In this document: positions 8,963-17,150 of the stretch, piece after piece
How positions within the stretch are numbered: position 1 is the first letter of the stretch
Layout of the letters: every line of letters starts with the position of its first letter
Source of the DNA: Nanoarchaeum equitans Kin4-M
GTDB taxonomy: Archaea; Nanobdellota; Nanobdellia; Nanobdellales; Nanoarchaeaceae
Direction: 5' to 3'
Length of the DNA stretch: 32,000 nt
Assembly (NCBI GenBank): GCA_000008085.1
Contig: AE017199.1
Location: 300,001 to 332,000 of the forward strand
The notes under the pieces: model-generated
Told to the model about the DNA's origin: nothing
Database searches by the model: none
What the model saw: the letters and a program-made list of their open reading frames with translations, nothing else
Program-made: the position numbers and the translations under genes

Positions 8963-9006
8963 GGGCCGGTAGCTCAGCCTGGTTAGAGCGGCGGTGGCCA
9001 TCCCCC
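8963..9006 (+). tRNA. stand-alone tRNA 5' fragment (acceptor 5' strand, D arm, first ~3 nt of anticodon stem) plus 13-nt GC-rich tail; split tRNA gene, identity not readable (Lys-like)
   Basis: GGGCCGG-UA-GCUC-AGCCUGGUUA-GAGC-G-GCG, then GUGGCCAUCCCCC, then a T-run. There is no anticodon loop, T arm or acceptor 3' strand downstream. It has its own TATA box. Confidence 0.6.
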
Positions 9007-9032
9007 TTTAAATTTTTCTTTTCCTTTCGATA

Positions 9033-9662
9033 ATGTATACTATAGCTAACTCTATCGCTTATGCTATAATTTTCCTATTTTTGATCCCCTATTTATTATA
9101 TAAACTTGGGATAGATGTTGAAAAAGAAACAACAAAGTTTTTTCCGTTAATATTAAGTTTTTTGTTCATAAGGGTTTTTGTTGATATTAATTTGTTGCCC
9201 AATACTTTTTTTACTGTTACTCCAGGGGTTTGGATTTTGGGGATAATAACCTATTTTATTGCAAGGAAAATCCCTATAATACAATGGGTTTTATTTTTTG
9301 CAACATTGTTCGTTTATGCTTTTTATGTTAATATTGATATAAAAGTTTTGGTTTTGTTGCTATATTTTTTTGGTTTGTCTTTAATAATATTGTGTCCTGT
9401 ATTTTTAATAGACAAAAAAATTGCTTTGGCACATTCTTTAGATATCGCAACCACTTTTGTGGGTTTAACCTATTTAGGATTAAAAGAGAAACATGTTTTG
9501 TCTTCTCTAATTGGAGAGCCATTTTTTATTGGATTCTTTAAAATGGTTGTATTATATGTATTATTAAAAACCTACAACAAACCATACATAAGGGCTTCGA
9601 TTTTTGTTTTAGGTTTATTAACAGGGGGGAGAAACTTTTTGATAGAAATAGCTTTAAAATAG
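9033..9662 (+). CDS. polytopic membrane protein, DUF63-like
   Basis: 209 aa, about 6 hydrophobic helices. HSLDIATTFVGLTYLGLKEKHV resembles the DUF63 archaeal membrane family. Confidence 0.5.
   Translation: MYTIANSIAYAIIFLFLIPYLLYKLGIDVEKETTKFFPLILSFLFIRVFVDINLLPNTFFTVTPGVWILGIITYFIARKIPIIQWVLFFATLFVYAFYVNIDIKVLVLLLYFFGLSLIILCPVFLIDKKIALAHSLDIATTFVGLTYLGLKEKHVLSSLIGEPFFIGFFKMVVLYVLLKTYNKPYIRASIFVLGLLTGGRNFLIEIALK
9653..9660 (+). promoter_or_regulatory. TATA box of tRNA-Pro (inside the 3' end of the upstream CDS)
   Basis: TTTAAAAT starts 27 nt upstream of tRNA nt 1. Confidence 0.5.
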
Positions 9663-9679
9663 CTTTTAATAGCCGAAAT

Positions 9680-9751
9680 GGGCCCGTAGTCTAGGGGGAA
9701 GACGCCGGGTTCGGGTCCCGGAGATCGCGGGTTCGAATCCCGCCGGGCCCA
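9680..9751 (+). tRNA. tRNA-Pro(CGG)
   Basis: Hand-folded. Acceptor GGGCCCG/CGGGCCC, anticodon stem CCGGG/CCCGG, loop UUCGGGU, T arm GCGGG-UUCGAAU-CCCGC, discriminator A. Confidence 0.95.
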
Positions 9752-9788
9752 GATATTTTTATAAATTATATTTATGTAATAGTAGTTA

Positions 9789-11573
9789 ATGAACTGGCCG
9801 TATTGGCTGGATTTCAAAGAGCCATACCAAAATGAGAAAGGGGAATGGGTGTGCCCATATTGTAAGGAAACTTTCCCTACTAAAGAAGATGCTTATCCTA
9901 GATTAATTATGACTTTAGGCAGTTACCAAAGATTATATAGAGAGTATCCCGATTTGAGAACTTTCCTTGAAGAACAATGGCGCTCTTCTGATGGACATCC
10001 CTGCCCCCAATTTACTAGATATTTCTGGAAAAGATATAATGAAAGATGGAAAGATATAGAAATAAAATCAAGGCTTTCTGAGGAATCTCAATCAACAGAG
10101 GAAATTGAGAAAAAAGAAGGGATTATCAATGATGCATTAGAAACAGTTAGGCGCATATCTCCTGTAGAAAGAAAACCGATGCATAGCCCAACAACAAAAA
10201 TAGAAAAGAAGAAAGGGAATAGAAAATATGAAAAGAGAAAAGCTGAGAAGAAAGTAGAAGAGGGGAAAGTTGTTTACGAGAGTGCTGGTATTTCAAAAGC
10301 AGTAATAGCAATAGCAGTAGCATTAGCAGCAGTAGTAGGTTTTGTTATACTTAACAATGAACTTCATATTAGCGATAAGATACTTAAATACTATAGCGTT
10401 TTAAATAAAAACAAAAGCGTTGCAAAAATTGAACATAAGATGGATATAGAGGATGTAAAAATATATCCAAGCGAAAATATTGAAGAACAATATTCTGAAA
10501 ATGATAAATATCCCGAATGTGATGAATACGGAGAAAACAGCAATTATCCCCATATAATACCAGCTTGTAATTACAAAGGACACATCTCGATAGTGCGCTT
10601 TTTCTTATTAGGAGATAGGTGGTACAGTATTAAACTAAATATTAGCAAATCTATATACTATGGCGCAAAAAATGGTTTTAAAAGTTATCGTTATTATTGT
10701 ATAGGCGATGCTTGTATAGAAGAAAAAGATTGGGAAACCAAATATTATAAAGCATTTATTTTCGACCCCCATCAAAAAGACATATTCAAAGCAATTATAC
10801 GACAATTAGATTTATATTCATGGAGGGATGAGAATAGGTTTGTAGAGCTAGCTACATCTTTTGTACAGAACATTCCTTATGATTATGATAAATACTATAA
10901 CAAATCAGGAAATACAAGATTTCCAGTTGAAGTTTTAGTGGATAATAAAGGAGTGTGCGGAGAAAAATCCCTTCTATTAGCAGGAATATTAGCATATGCT
11001 GGCTATGATGTAGTATTATTTGAATTCAAAAAGGAAAACCATATGGCAGTAGGCATAAAATGCCCATGTAAGAATACTTTCCGAGGTACAGGATATTGCT
11101 ATATAGAATCAACAAGCCTTACCCCTATAGGGTATGTTCCAGAAGAATTTATAGGTGGAATAAAACTAAGAAGTAAACCCAAAATAATAAAAGTATCCGA
11201 TGGAACAAAAATGTATACTAATTGTAAGTATATCGATTACCCTCCCACGTATTATAAAAATGAAATAATAGAAAAAGTAAGAAACTATCTAGAAAGCAAT
11301 TATGATTTGGTTTACGAGGAAGAGTTAACTAGAAGTATAGGAAAAAAATATTTGCCTCCTGGGTACACCTCTGGTACTACATGGAGAATCCCTATTAAAG
11401 GAGGGCATCCAGATTTTATATTAGCAAATTTCATAAAATGCCATGTAAAAGGGAAATGTGATAAAAATAGATCAAAAGGATTAGATGAAAGTTTAAGTAG
11501 ATATCACTATTTTGGGGTAGACATAATTGAGGAAGGTGGAAAATACTATTTAACCTTATTATTAGCAAATTAG
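9789..11573 (+). CDS. single-pass membrane protein: N-terminal Zn-ribbon-like CxxC, Lys/Glu-rich linker, TM helix, large Cys-rich C-terminal domain with transglutaminase-like (papain-fold) core
   Basis: 594 aa. WVCPYCKETF; TM helix ISKAVIAIAVALAAVVGFVIL; candidate Cys-His-acid triad context NKGVCGEKSLLLAGILAYAGYDVVLFEF..ENHMAVGIKC...GYCYIESTS. Confidence 0.55.
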   Translation: MNWPYWLDFKEPYQNEKGEWVCPYCKETFPTKEDAYPRLIMTLGSYQRLYREYPDLRTFLEEQWRSSDGHPCPQFTRYFWKRYNERWKDIEIKSRLSEESQSTEEIEKKEGIINDALETVRRISPVERKPMHSPTTKIEKKKGNRKYEKRKAEKKVEEGKVVYESAGISKAVIAIAVALAAVVGFVILNNELHISDKILKYYSVLNKNKSVAKIEHKMDIEDVKIYPSENIEEQYSENDKYPECDEYGENSNYPHIIPACNYKGHISIVRFFLLGDRWYSIKLNISKSIYYGAKNGFKSYRYYCIGDACIEEKDWETKYYKAFIFDPHQKDIFKAIIRQLDLYSWRDENRFVELATSFVQNIPYDYDKYYNKSGNTRFPVEVLVDNKGVCGEKSLLLAGILAYAGYDVVLFEFKKENHMAVGIKCPCKNTFRGTGYCYIESTSLTPIGYVPEEFIGGIKLRSKPKIIKVSDGTKMYTNCKYIDYPPTYYKNEIIEKVRNYLESNYDLVYEEELTRSIGKKYLPPGYTSGTTWRIPIKGGHPDFILANFIKCHVKGKCDKNRSKGLDESLSRYHYFGVDIIEEGGKYYLTLLLAN

Positions 11574-11819
11574 CTATTTCATTTTAAGATAGCTTTTTAT
11601 ATATTCCAACAAAAGCTTTATGTCATTTATCTCATTTTTTATATAGTTTATCTCTTTTATTAGATTTTCTATTAGTTGTTTCTCAGAATCTTGCTTTTCT
11701 AATATAGATTCAATTTTTTTATTTAGTGTATCTATTTTTTCTTCTAATGATTTGCCATTCTCTTCAATTTTTTTATAAACATCTTCGATAGTTATCTTTT
11801 TGCTATCAAATAGCCCCAT
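11574..11819 (-). CDS. small coiled-coil protein, unknown function
   Basis: 81-aa ORF filling the gap between neighbours. Heptad-rich (LEEKIDTLNKKIESILEKQDSEKQLIENLIKEINYIKNEINDIK). Confidence 0.4.
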   Translation of the reverse strand: MGLFDSKKITIEDVYKKIEENGKSLEEKIDTLNKKIESILEKQDSEKQLIENLIKEINYIKNEINDIKLLLEYIKSYLKMK

Positions 11820-11846
11820 TTTTATTTTGTTATTATTTGTTAATAA

Positions 11847-12266
11847 ATGATTGAGCGTAAGCTTAAGAGGGGTTTAAGATTAGCCAAATTTAAAGAAACA
11901 AAAATACTAATTTACGACCAATTCTCTAAAAATATATATGAAATGTTAAAACCTATTTATGAAAAGTCCAGAAAAAAACTTATCCCTATAGAAGGGGAAT
12001 TCGATTTAAATTTTGATGGATATATTCCCATAGGTACAGAGGAAGTAGTAGCATATATGTATAAAAGTTTTTTCGAAGACATTCCATTTAATAAAAAATT
12101 AGTTTATGACAACCCAGCAGTATTTGTTAGATATAAAGATTTCAATATGGAAATGCCCATGCTTTTTGGAAATGCCTCTTTTTTTGTGAAAAAGCTAATA
12201 GAAAGAAGAGAGAAAACTGTGTATGCATCTCTTAGGTCTTTGTTAGATTTGATTGATCTTATTTAA
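11847..12266 (+). CDS. hypothetical protein
   Basis: 139-aa ORF with non-repetitive composition and no competing ORF. No family recognised. Confidence 0.45.
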   Translation: MIERKLKRGLRLAKFKETKILIYDQFSKNIYEMLKPIYEKSRKKLIPIEGEFDLNFDGYIPIGTEEVVAYMYKSFFEDIPFNKKLVYDNPAVFVRYKDFNMEMPMLFGNASFFVKKLIERREKTVYASLRSLLDLIDLI

Positions 12267-12537
12267 CACAAATTATTTCTCTTTCTATCCACATAGACCC
12301 ACATCTAGGACATTTAGTGGGGTTTAGCCTATCAAATACAAACCCGCATTTTTTGCATTGGGCTTTGTATATTTTGATTTTTTTACCTTTCCTTTTTAGA
12401 ATTTTTATCGATTTTTCTAATAGTTTGTATGCTAGTTTCAAATCTATATCTAAGGTTTTAGCTAAATGTTCTATACTAATGCAATTTCCATCTATTGCCT
12501 CTATGAATTCTTGTAATGTTATATTGTGCCTCAACAA
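12259..12537 (-). CDS. HTH domain fused to C-terminal Zn ribbon (COG3357-like regulator)
   Basis: 92 aa. N-terminal wHTH-like region, then CKKCGFVF...CPRCGS. Confidence 0.65.
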   Translation of the reverse strand: MLRHNITLQEFIEAIDGNCISIEHLAKTLDIDLKLAYKLLEKSIKILKRKGKKIKIYKAQCKKCGFVFDRLNPTKCPRCGSMWIEREIICVK

Positions 12538-12582
12538 AATTGCTATGTTATATTCTTTAAAGCCTTTTTGCTTAAAATAAAA

Positions 12583-13245
12583 ATGAAGTTTTTTGAGAAC
12601 TCTATAAAATTGGGTAAAAACTTAATAATAAGCGATATCCATTTAGGATTGGAAGACACATATAACATAGCAGGGAACCAAATACCCATATTGGTAGAAA
12701 AGCTAATAGATAAAATAATAGAATTGCAAGAAAAAACCAAAACTAAAAGGCTAATAATTAATGGAGATTTAAAGCATAGCTTTTCTCCAATAAAAGAAGA
12801 GTTTATAGTTTTGGATTATTTTTTCAAAAGGTTAGGCGATTATTTCAACGATTTTATTATTATTAAGGGCAACCACGATACCGGTATAGATTGGTTATCC
12901 AAATATGGCGATGTTTTGGAATATAAAAAATTGTATGGCTACACAATTACACATGGGCATAAAAAAATAGAGGGGAAAAAATTTATTATAGGACATGAAC
13001 ACCCAATTTTAAAGCTTAGAGATGAAGTAGGTGCTACTATTAGAGTGAAAACCTTTTTGGTTAGCGATAATGTTATAGTATTGCCTGCATTTAGCCCTTG
13101 GTCTTATGGGAATGATATATTGCAACATACTGTAAGCCCGTATACAAAAAATATCGAAAATTTTAGAGCTTTAGTTTATTTAGATGGGGAATTATTGGAT
13201 TTCGGTAGAATTAGTGAAATATTAAAAGCGATTAAATCTTTTTGA
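12583..13245 (+). CDS. calcineurin-like metallophosphoesterase (COG1407 ICC-like)
   Basis: Motifs LIISDIHLG, INGDLKH, IKGNHD, GHEHP. I prefer the ATG at 12583 (MKFFENSIKLG) over the track start at 12526, which overlaps the opposite-strand gene. Confidence 0.8.
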   Translation: MKFFENSIKLGKNLIISDIHLGLEDTYNIAGNQIPILVEKLIDKIIELQEKTKTKRLIINGDLKHSFSPIKEEFIVLDYFFKRLGDYFNDFIIIKGNHDTGIDWLSKYGDVLEYKKLYGYTITHGHKKIEGKKFIIGHEHPILKLRDEVGATIRVKTFLVSDNVIVLPAFSPWSYGNDILQHTVSPYTKNIENFRALVYLDGELLDFGRISEILKAIKSF

Positions 13246-13666
13246 ATTTTCCAGGTTCGTATTCATATATTTCTCCCCTAGCTAATAGTTTTTGTATATG
13301 CTTTTTTGCTTCTTCTCCAAATACTTTTACTATTTGCTCTAAAGTAGCACCATCATTTATATCGATGTATTCCAAAATTTTGTTTCGCAAATCTCTATCC
13401 TCTTGTTCTATGTGCTCTTTTAAATATTCGTATAATTGTTTGGATATTTTCCCCATTCCATCAACGAAAATTATGTCTTCTCCTACTTTGCCTGCAACCA
13501 ATACATAATCTCCAATATCTACATCTGCTTTCCTTGGATAGCATTTAATAGTTTCGGTTCCATCATCTATTAAAATATAATCGTTCCTCTCTATACAAAT
13601 ACCCGCTATTAAAACTTTTTCCCCTATTTTATTTTTAGCAACTTCTATAGGGTATAATTTATACAT
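13232..13666 (-). CDS. OB-fold plus C-terminal winged-helix protein (RPA32/Stn1-like architecture)
   Basis: 144 aa. OB pattern GEKVLIAGICIER.DYILIDDGTETIKCY....DIGDYVLVAGKV, then wH-like ILEYIDINDGATLEQIV...LLARGEIYE. The start overlaps the eS28 stop (TAATG). Confidence 0.45.
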   Translation of the reverse strand: MYKLYPIEVAKNKIGEKVLIAGICIERNDYILIDDGTETIKCYPRKADVDIGDYVLVAGKVGEDIIFVDGMGKISKQLYEYLKEHIEQEDRDLRNKILEYIDINDGATLEQIVKVFGEEAKKHIQKLLARGEIYEYEPGKFKKI

Positions 13667-13932
13667 TATTTGCTGTATTCTAAGGGCCTAGCTTCTATTT
13701 CGGTTTCTCTCAACATTAATATATCGCCAACTCTAACTGGACCTTTTACGTTTCTTCTTATTAATCTTCCTGCGTCTTTGCCTTCTAAGATTTCAACTAT
13801 AACCTGGGTTACTTCTCCAGTAGTTCCTGTTCTTCCTACTATCTCTACAACCCTCGCTGGGTAAGCCTTAGACCAAATAACAGTATCGCCTTTTACAACA
13901 TTAGTTGGTATATCCTCTCTTTTCTCGGCCAT
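13666..13932 (-). CDS. rps28e: ribosomal protein eS28 (S28e), with ~18-aa N-terminal extension
   Basis: [58 protein letters not shown] is near-consensus S28e. Confidence 0.9.
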   Translation of the reverse strand: MAEKREDIPTNVVKGDTVIWSKAYPARVVEIVGRTGTTGEVTQVIVEILEGKDAGRLIRRNVKGPVRVGDILMLRETEIEARPLEYSK

Positions 13933-13981
13933 TCGTATTACTATAACTATATTTTTAAAACCTTAATGTAAGGCCTACAAA

Positions 13982-14698
13982 ATGGGTAAGGTTAGACTAT
14001 TAGTACAAAGAAGGGGTAGAGGTTCTCCAACATTTAGAAGCCCAACCCATAGAGCTGCTGGAAAAGTTAAAATACCAACCTTTGATGGGGATTTAGTAAA
14101 AGGAAAAGTTGTTGCTTTGATTAAGGATTCTATCCATTATGCTCCATTGATGGTTGTAAAATGGGAAAACGGAGCCCAATCATTATTGCCAGCCCCATTG
14201 GGAATATCTGTAGGGGATACTGTATACTATGGGAAAGAAGCCCCTAATGCAATAGGTTCAATAAAACCATTAAGCGAAATACCTGAAGGTACTAAAATAT
14301 ATATGTTAGAGAACAACCCAGGAGATGGAGGTAAATTAGTAAGAGCTAGCGGAGATTTCGCTTTATTGGTACAAAAATTAGGAGACAAAGTTATAGTCCA
14401 ATTACCAAGTGGGCAGTTTAAAACACTAAGCGCAAATGCCAGAGCTGTTATTGGTGTAATCGCAGGAGGAGGTAGAAAAGAAAAACCATTCGTTAAAGCT
14501 GGTAATAAATATTATTGGGCTTCCTCTAGAAATAGACATTGGCCTGTAGTCAATGGAGTTAAAAAGAACGCTTCCGACCATCCATTTGGAGGTAAAAGGC
14601 ATTCAAACCATTCCAAGCCATTCACAGTATCTAAATGGGCACCACCAGGAAGGAAAGTTGGTTATATTGGAGCTAGAAAAACGGGTAGAGGGAAGTAG
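13982..14698 (+). CDS. rpl2: ribosomal protein uL2 (L2p/L8e)
   Basis: 238 aa. MGKVRLLVQRRGRGSPTFRSPTHR start and GGGRKEKPFVKAG...HPFGGKRH C-terminus. Confidence 0.95.
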   Translation: MGKVRLLVQRRGRGSPTFRSPTHRAAGKVKIPTFDGDLVKGKVVALIKDSIHYAPLMVVKWENGAQSLLPAPLGISVGDTVYYGKEAPNAIGSIKPLSEIPEGTKIYMLENNPGDGGKLVRASGDFALLVQKLGDKVIVQLPSGQFKTLSANARAVIGVIAGGGRKEKPFVKAGNKYYWASSRNRHWPVVNGVKKNASDHPFGGKRHSNHSKPFTVSKWAPPGRKVGYIGARKTGRGK

Positions 14699-15971
14699 AC
14701 AAAATTTTTGCTATAGAAAACAAATAGCTTTCATTAAAATGGTTTGCTATAAATTGCGCTCCTATGAATTTGTCTATTGGGTATGACATATGTGGGAGCC
14801 CTGCTAAATTAGGAGGTACCGTTAATATATCCATTCTATAAATATTTATAGGTTTTAAGCTTTCCAATTCTTTAAACTTTGGAGGCAATATAGGCATTGT
14901 TGGTGTTAATAGCAAATCGAATTTTTTGAATAATCTTTTATACTCTTCTATAACCTTTTTCCTCCCTATTAGAGCTTTTTCATAGTATTTGCCTTTGAAT
15001 CCTTTGGTTCTTACCAAAGTGCCAACTAATATTCTTCTTTTGGTTTCTTCACAAAATAATTCTCTAGATTCCATATAGAATTCATCATAATGTTTGCCTT
15101 TTGGGTTTACACTATAGCCAAACAATATATTTCCATACCTCGCTAAATTAGTAGAGGCTTCGGCCATGGCTATAATATAATAACTAGCTAAAGCTATATC
15201 AAATAATGGGAACTCTATTTCTTCTATTTTGTATTCTTTTTCCAACTCGCTAACGAAATTGTAAAAAGCCTTTTCTATTTTTTCATCAACATCTACTCTT
15301 ATTACTCCAATAGTGAATTTTTTATCTATATATTTTATAGGCTCTTTCAATCCAACATTTGTTTGATCCCTTGGATCGGGTTTGGCTATTATCTCTAATA
15401 CCTTTTTCATATAATCTATGTTAGTGCCCATTACTCCTATTTTATCTAAAGAATTGGCATAATCTATTAATCCATATCTCGATACTAAACCATAAGTGGG
15501 GGTAATACCAATTACCGAATTAAAAGCTGCAGGATTGGATATAGATCCCCCGGTAGATACAGCTATCGCAACATGGTTATCATATTTTTTATTGAACAAA
15601 GCTGTAAATGCTCCAGCTCCTGAGGAAGAGCCCCCAGCAACCCTATTTGGGTCTAAAGCGTTTCTCGCAACTTTAATACAACTATTTACACCAAAACTAC
15701 CAAAACCAAATTCGTCCATAGCAGTTTTTCCAATAATTAGGGCATTGGCCTTTTTTAATTGTTCGCTAACAAAGGAATCATAGGGAGGGATATAATCTTC
15801 TAACATCTTACTACCAGCAGTAGTTCTAAGGTTTTTTGTAACAATATTATCTTTTATAGTAACAATAAAAGAAGGGTTTTCTATAAGCTCATTATTAAAA
15901 GTAATTATTGAGTTGGTTTTCTCATCTACTTTCTTTGCATATTCCATTATTTGCTCTACATCCATGGGCAT
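14673..15971 (-). CDS. gatA: amidase-signature enzyme, Glu/Asp-tRNA amidotransferase subunit A
   Basis: 432 aa. Amidase signature GGSSSGAGAFTA, upstream TAGSKML Lys. Has a 26-nt convergent overlap with rpl2. Confidence 0.85.
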   Translation of the reverse strand: MPMDVEQIMEYAKKVDEKTNSIITFNNELIENPSFIVTIKDNIVTKNLRTTAGSKMLEDYIPPYDSFVSEQLKKANALIIGKTAMDEFGFGSFGVNSCIKVARNALDPNRVAGGSSSGAGAFTALFNKKYDNHVAIAVSTGGSISNPAAFNSVIGITPTYGLVSRYGLIDYANSLDKIGVMGTNIDYMKKVLEIIAKPDPRDQTNVGLKEPIKYIDKKFTIGVIRVDVDEKIEKAFYNFVSELEKEYKIEEIEFPLFDIALASYYIIAMAEASTNLARYGNILFGYSVNPKGKHYDEFYMESRELFCEETKRRILVGTLVRTKGFKGKYYEKALIGRKKVIEEYKRLFKKFDLLLTPTMPILPPKFKELESLKPINIYRMDILTVPPNLAGLPHMSYPIDKFIGAQFIANHFNESYLFSIAKILSTSLYPFF

Positions 15972-15991
15972 AAATAAGCAAAATATTAAAA

Positions 15992-16045
15992 AATCAGCAG
16001 CGGCAGAAACTCTTCACTAATCATGGCTCAAGACCTTCATCATCC
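15992..16045 (-). ncRNA. C/D box sRNA; D' guide matches tRNA-Leu(CAA) anticodon loop
   Basis: Minus strand reads GG-AUGAUGA-AGGUCUUGAGCC(12)-AUGA-UUA-GUGAAGA-GUUUCUGCCGCUG(13)-CUGA-UUUUUU. TTTTTAAA lies 28 nt upstream. Confidence 0.75.
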
Positions 16046-16065
16046 AATTAATAAATAAAAATCCA

Positions 16066-16073
16066 TTTAAAAA
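16066..16073 (-). promoter_or_regulatory. TATA box of C/D sRNA 15992-16045
   Basis: TTTTTAAA on the minus strand, starting 28 nt upstream of the GG preceding box C. Confidence 0.55.
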
Positions 16074-16075
16074 AT

Positions 16076-16846
16076 ATGGATCCTGAAAAGACCGCTATAG
16101 TATACAAATTTGCCCAGCAAGTTTATGAAAAATTAGGCATTCTATTAAAAGCAGTAATATTGTTTGGTTCTGCAGCGGAAGAAAAAGATAAAGAACAAAG
16201 TGATTTGGATGTTTTACTAATATTAGATGATTTAGCAACAGATTGGGAAATGGTAAAACCAGTAATAGAGAAATATTTAGATTCTTTACTAAAAAAGGAA
16301 GAATTTAGCAAAATACATCTAAATGCTGTGACATTATCTTTCTTTTGGAGAGCAATAATTAAAAGAGATCCAATAGCTATTAATATTATTAGGGTAGGAA
16401 TTCCTATTTTTGATAGCGGTTTCTTTAGCCCATTGAAAAAACTATTGAGTACCGGTTTATTGGGCCCAACAAGAGAAACTATTTTGGATTATGCTAATAA
16501 AGTTGAATATGATTATGGTTCTTATTTGGGATATAAAATTAAAGCTTTGGAATTTTTGTATTGGGTTTTTACCCATAGCGCGCAAGCAGCTATTATGTTA
16601 TTGTATAATGAAATACCCCCTCCAAAATATGTTCCTATGTATCTTAAAAAAATGGAAAACGAAAAAATTATTCCTAAACCTTATGCAAAATGGTATGAAG
16701 AAATATATTCACTAATAAAAAAGATCTCACATGGAGAAATAACAAATTTTGATTCTTGTTTATTAGACAAATGGGAAAAAAGGGCAAAAACTTTCGCTAA
16801 GAAAATGGAAGAGATTATATCTAAAAATCTTAAAAAGGCCCTATAA
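16076..16846 (+). CDS. Pol-beta superfamily nucleotidyltransferase with C-terminal helical (HEPN/KNTase-like) domain
   Basis: 256 aa. NTase motif LFGSAAEEKDKEQSDLDVLLILDD, followed by a ~130-aa all-helical region. Confidence 0.65.
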   Translation: MDPEKTAIVYKFAQQVYEKLGILLKAVILFGSAAEEKDKEQSDLDVLLILDDLATDWEMVKPVIEKYLDSLLKKEEFSKIHLNAVTLSFFWRAIIKRDPIAINIIRVGIPIFDSGFFSPLKKLLSTGLLGPTRETILDYANKVEYDYGSYLGYKIKALEFLYWVFTHSAQAAIMLLYNEIPPPKYVPMYLKKMENEKIIPKPYAKWYEEIYSLIKKISHGEITNFDSCLLDKWEKRAKTFAKKMEEIISKNLKKAL

Positions 16847-16876
16847 TTTTTAAAATAGACCTATATTTAATCGAGT

Positions 16877-17149
16877 ATGCCAGAGGTATTCATCGGGAAA
16901 AAGCCATTAACCAATTATGTAATGGCAGTAGTAATGCAATTCATGCAAGGCGCAAACGAAGTAGTAATAAAAGCAAGAGGTAGAAACATTTCTAGAGCAG
17001 TAGATGTAGCAGAAAGAGTAAGAAAAAGATTCTTAGCTGGCCAAGTAGATGTTGGAGACATAAAAATTGATTCTGAAGAAGTAGTAGACCCAGCAACAGG
17101 ACAAAAAAGGACAGTATCAACAATAGAAATAAAATTAGTTAAGAAATAA
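16877..17149 (+). CDS. albA: Alba DNA/RNA-binding chromatin protein
   Basis: 90 aa. [47 protein letters not shown] matches Alba. Confidence 0.92.
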   Translation: MPEVFIGKKPLTNYVMAVVMQFMQGANEVVIKARGRNISRAVDVAERVRKRFLAGQVDVGDIKIDSEEVVDPATGQKRTVSTIEIKLVKK

Positions 17150-17150
17150 A

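Noticed and set aside
9572-9817. 81-aa minus-strand ORF (..ARRDSNPRSPGPEPGVFPLDYGPIS..)
   Set aside because: It is the antisense reading of tRNA-Pro(CGG), whose GC-rich segment keeps the frame open. It also overlaps two better-supported plus-strand genes.
12317-12580. 87-aa plus-strand ORF opposite the 92-aa HTH/Zn-ribbon gene
   Set aside because: The minus-strand product has a coherent HTH plus CxxC...CxxC ribbon. The plus-strand product is Phe/Leu/Ser-rich with no motifs.
12526-12582. 19-codon N-terminal extension of the phosphoesterase
   Set aside because: The extension overlaps the opposite-strand regulator gene, and the family-typical N-terminus starts at MKFFENS...IISDIHLG.
14553-14786. 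77-aa plus-strand ORF spanning the uL2 / gatA junction
   Set aside because: It is an alternative frame of the uL2 3' end that continues antisense into gatA, with no independent support.
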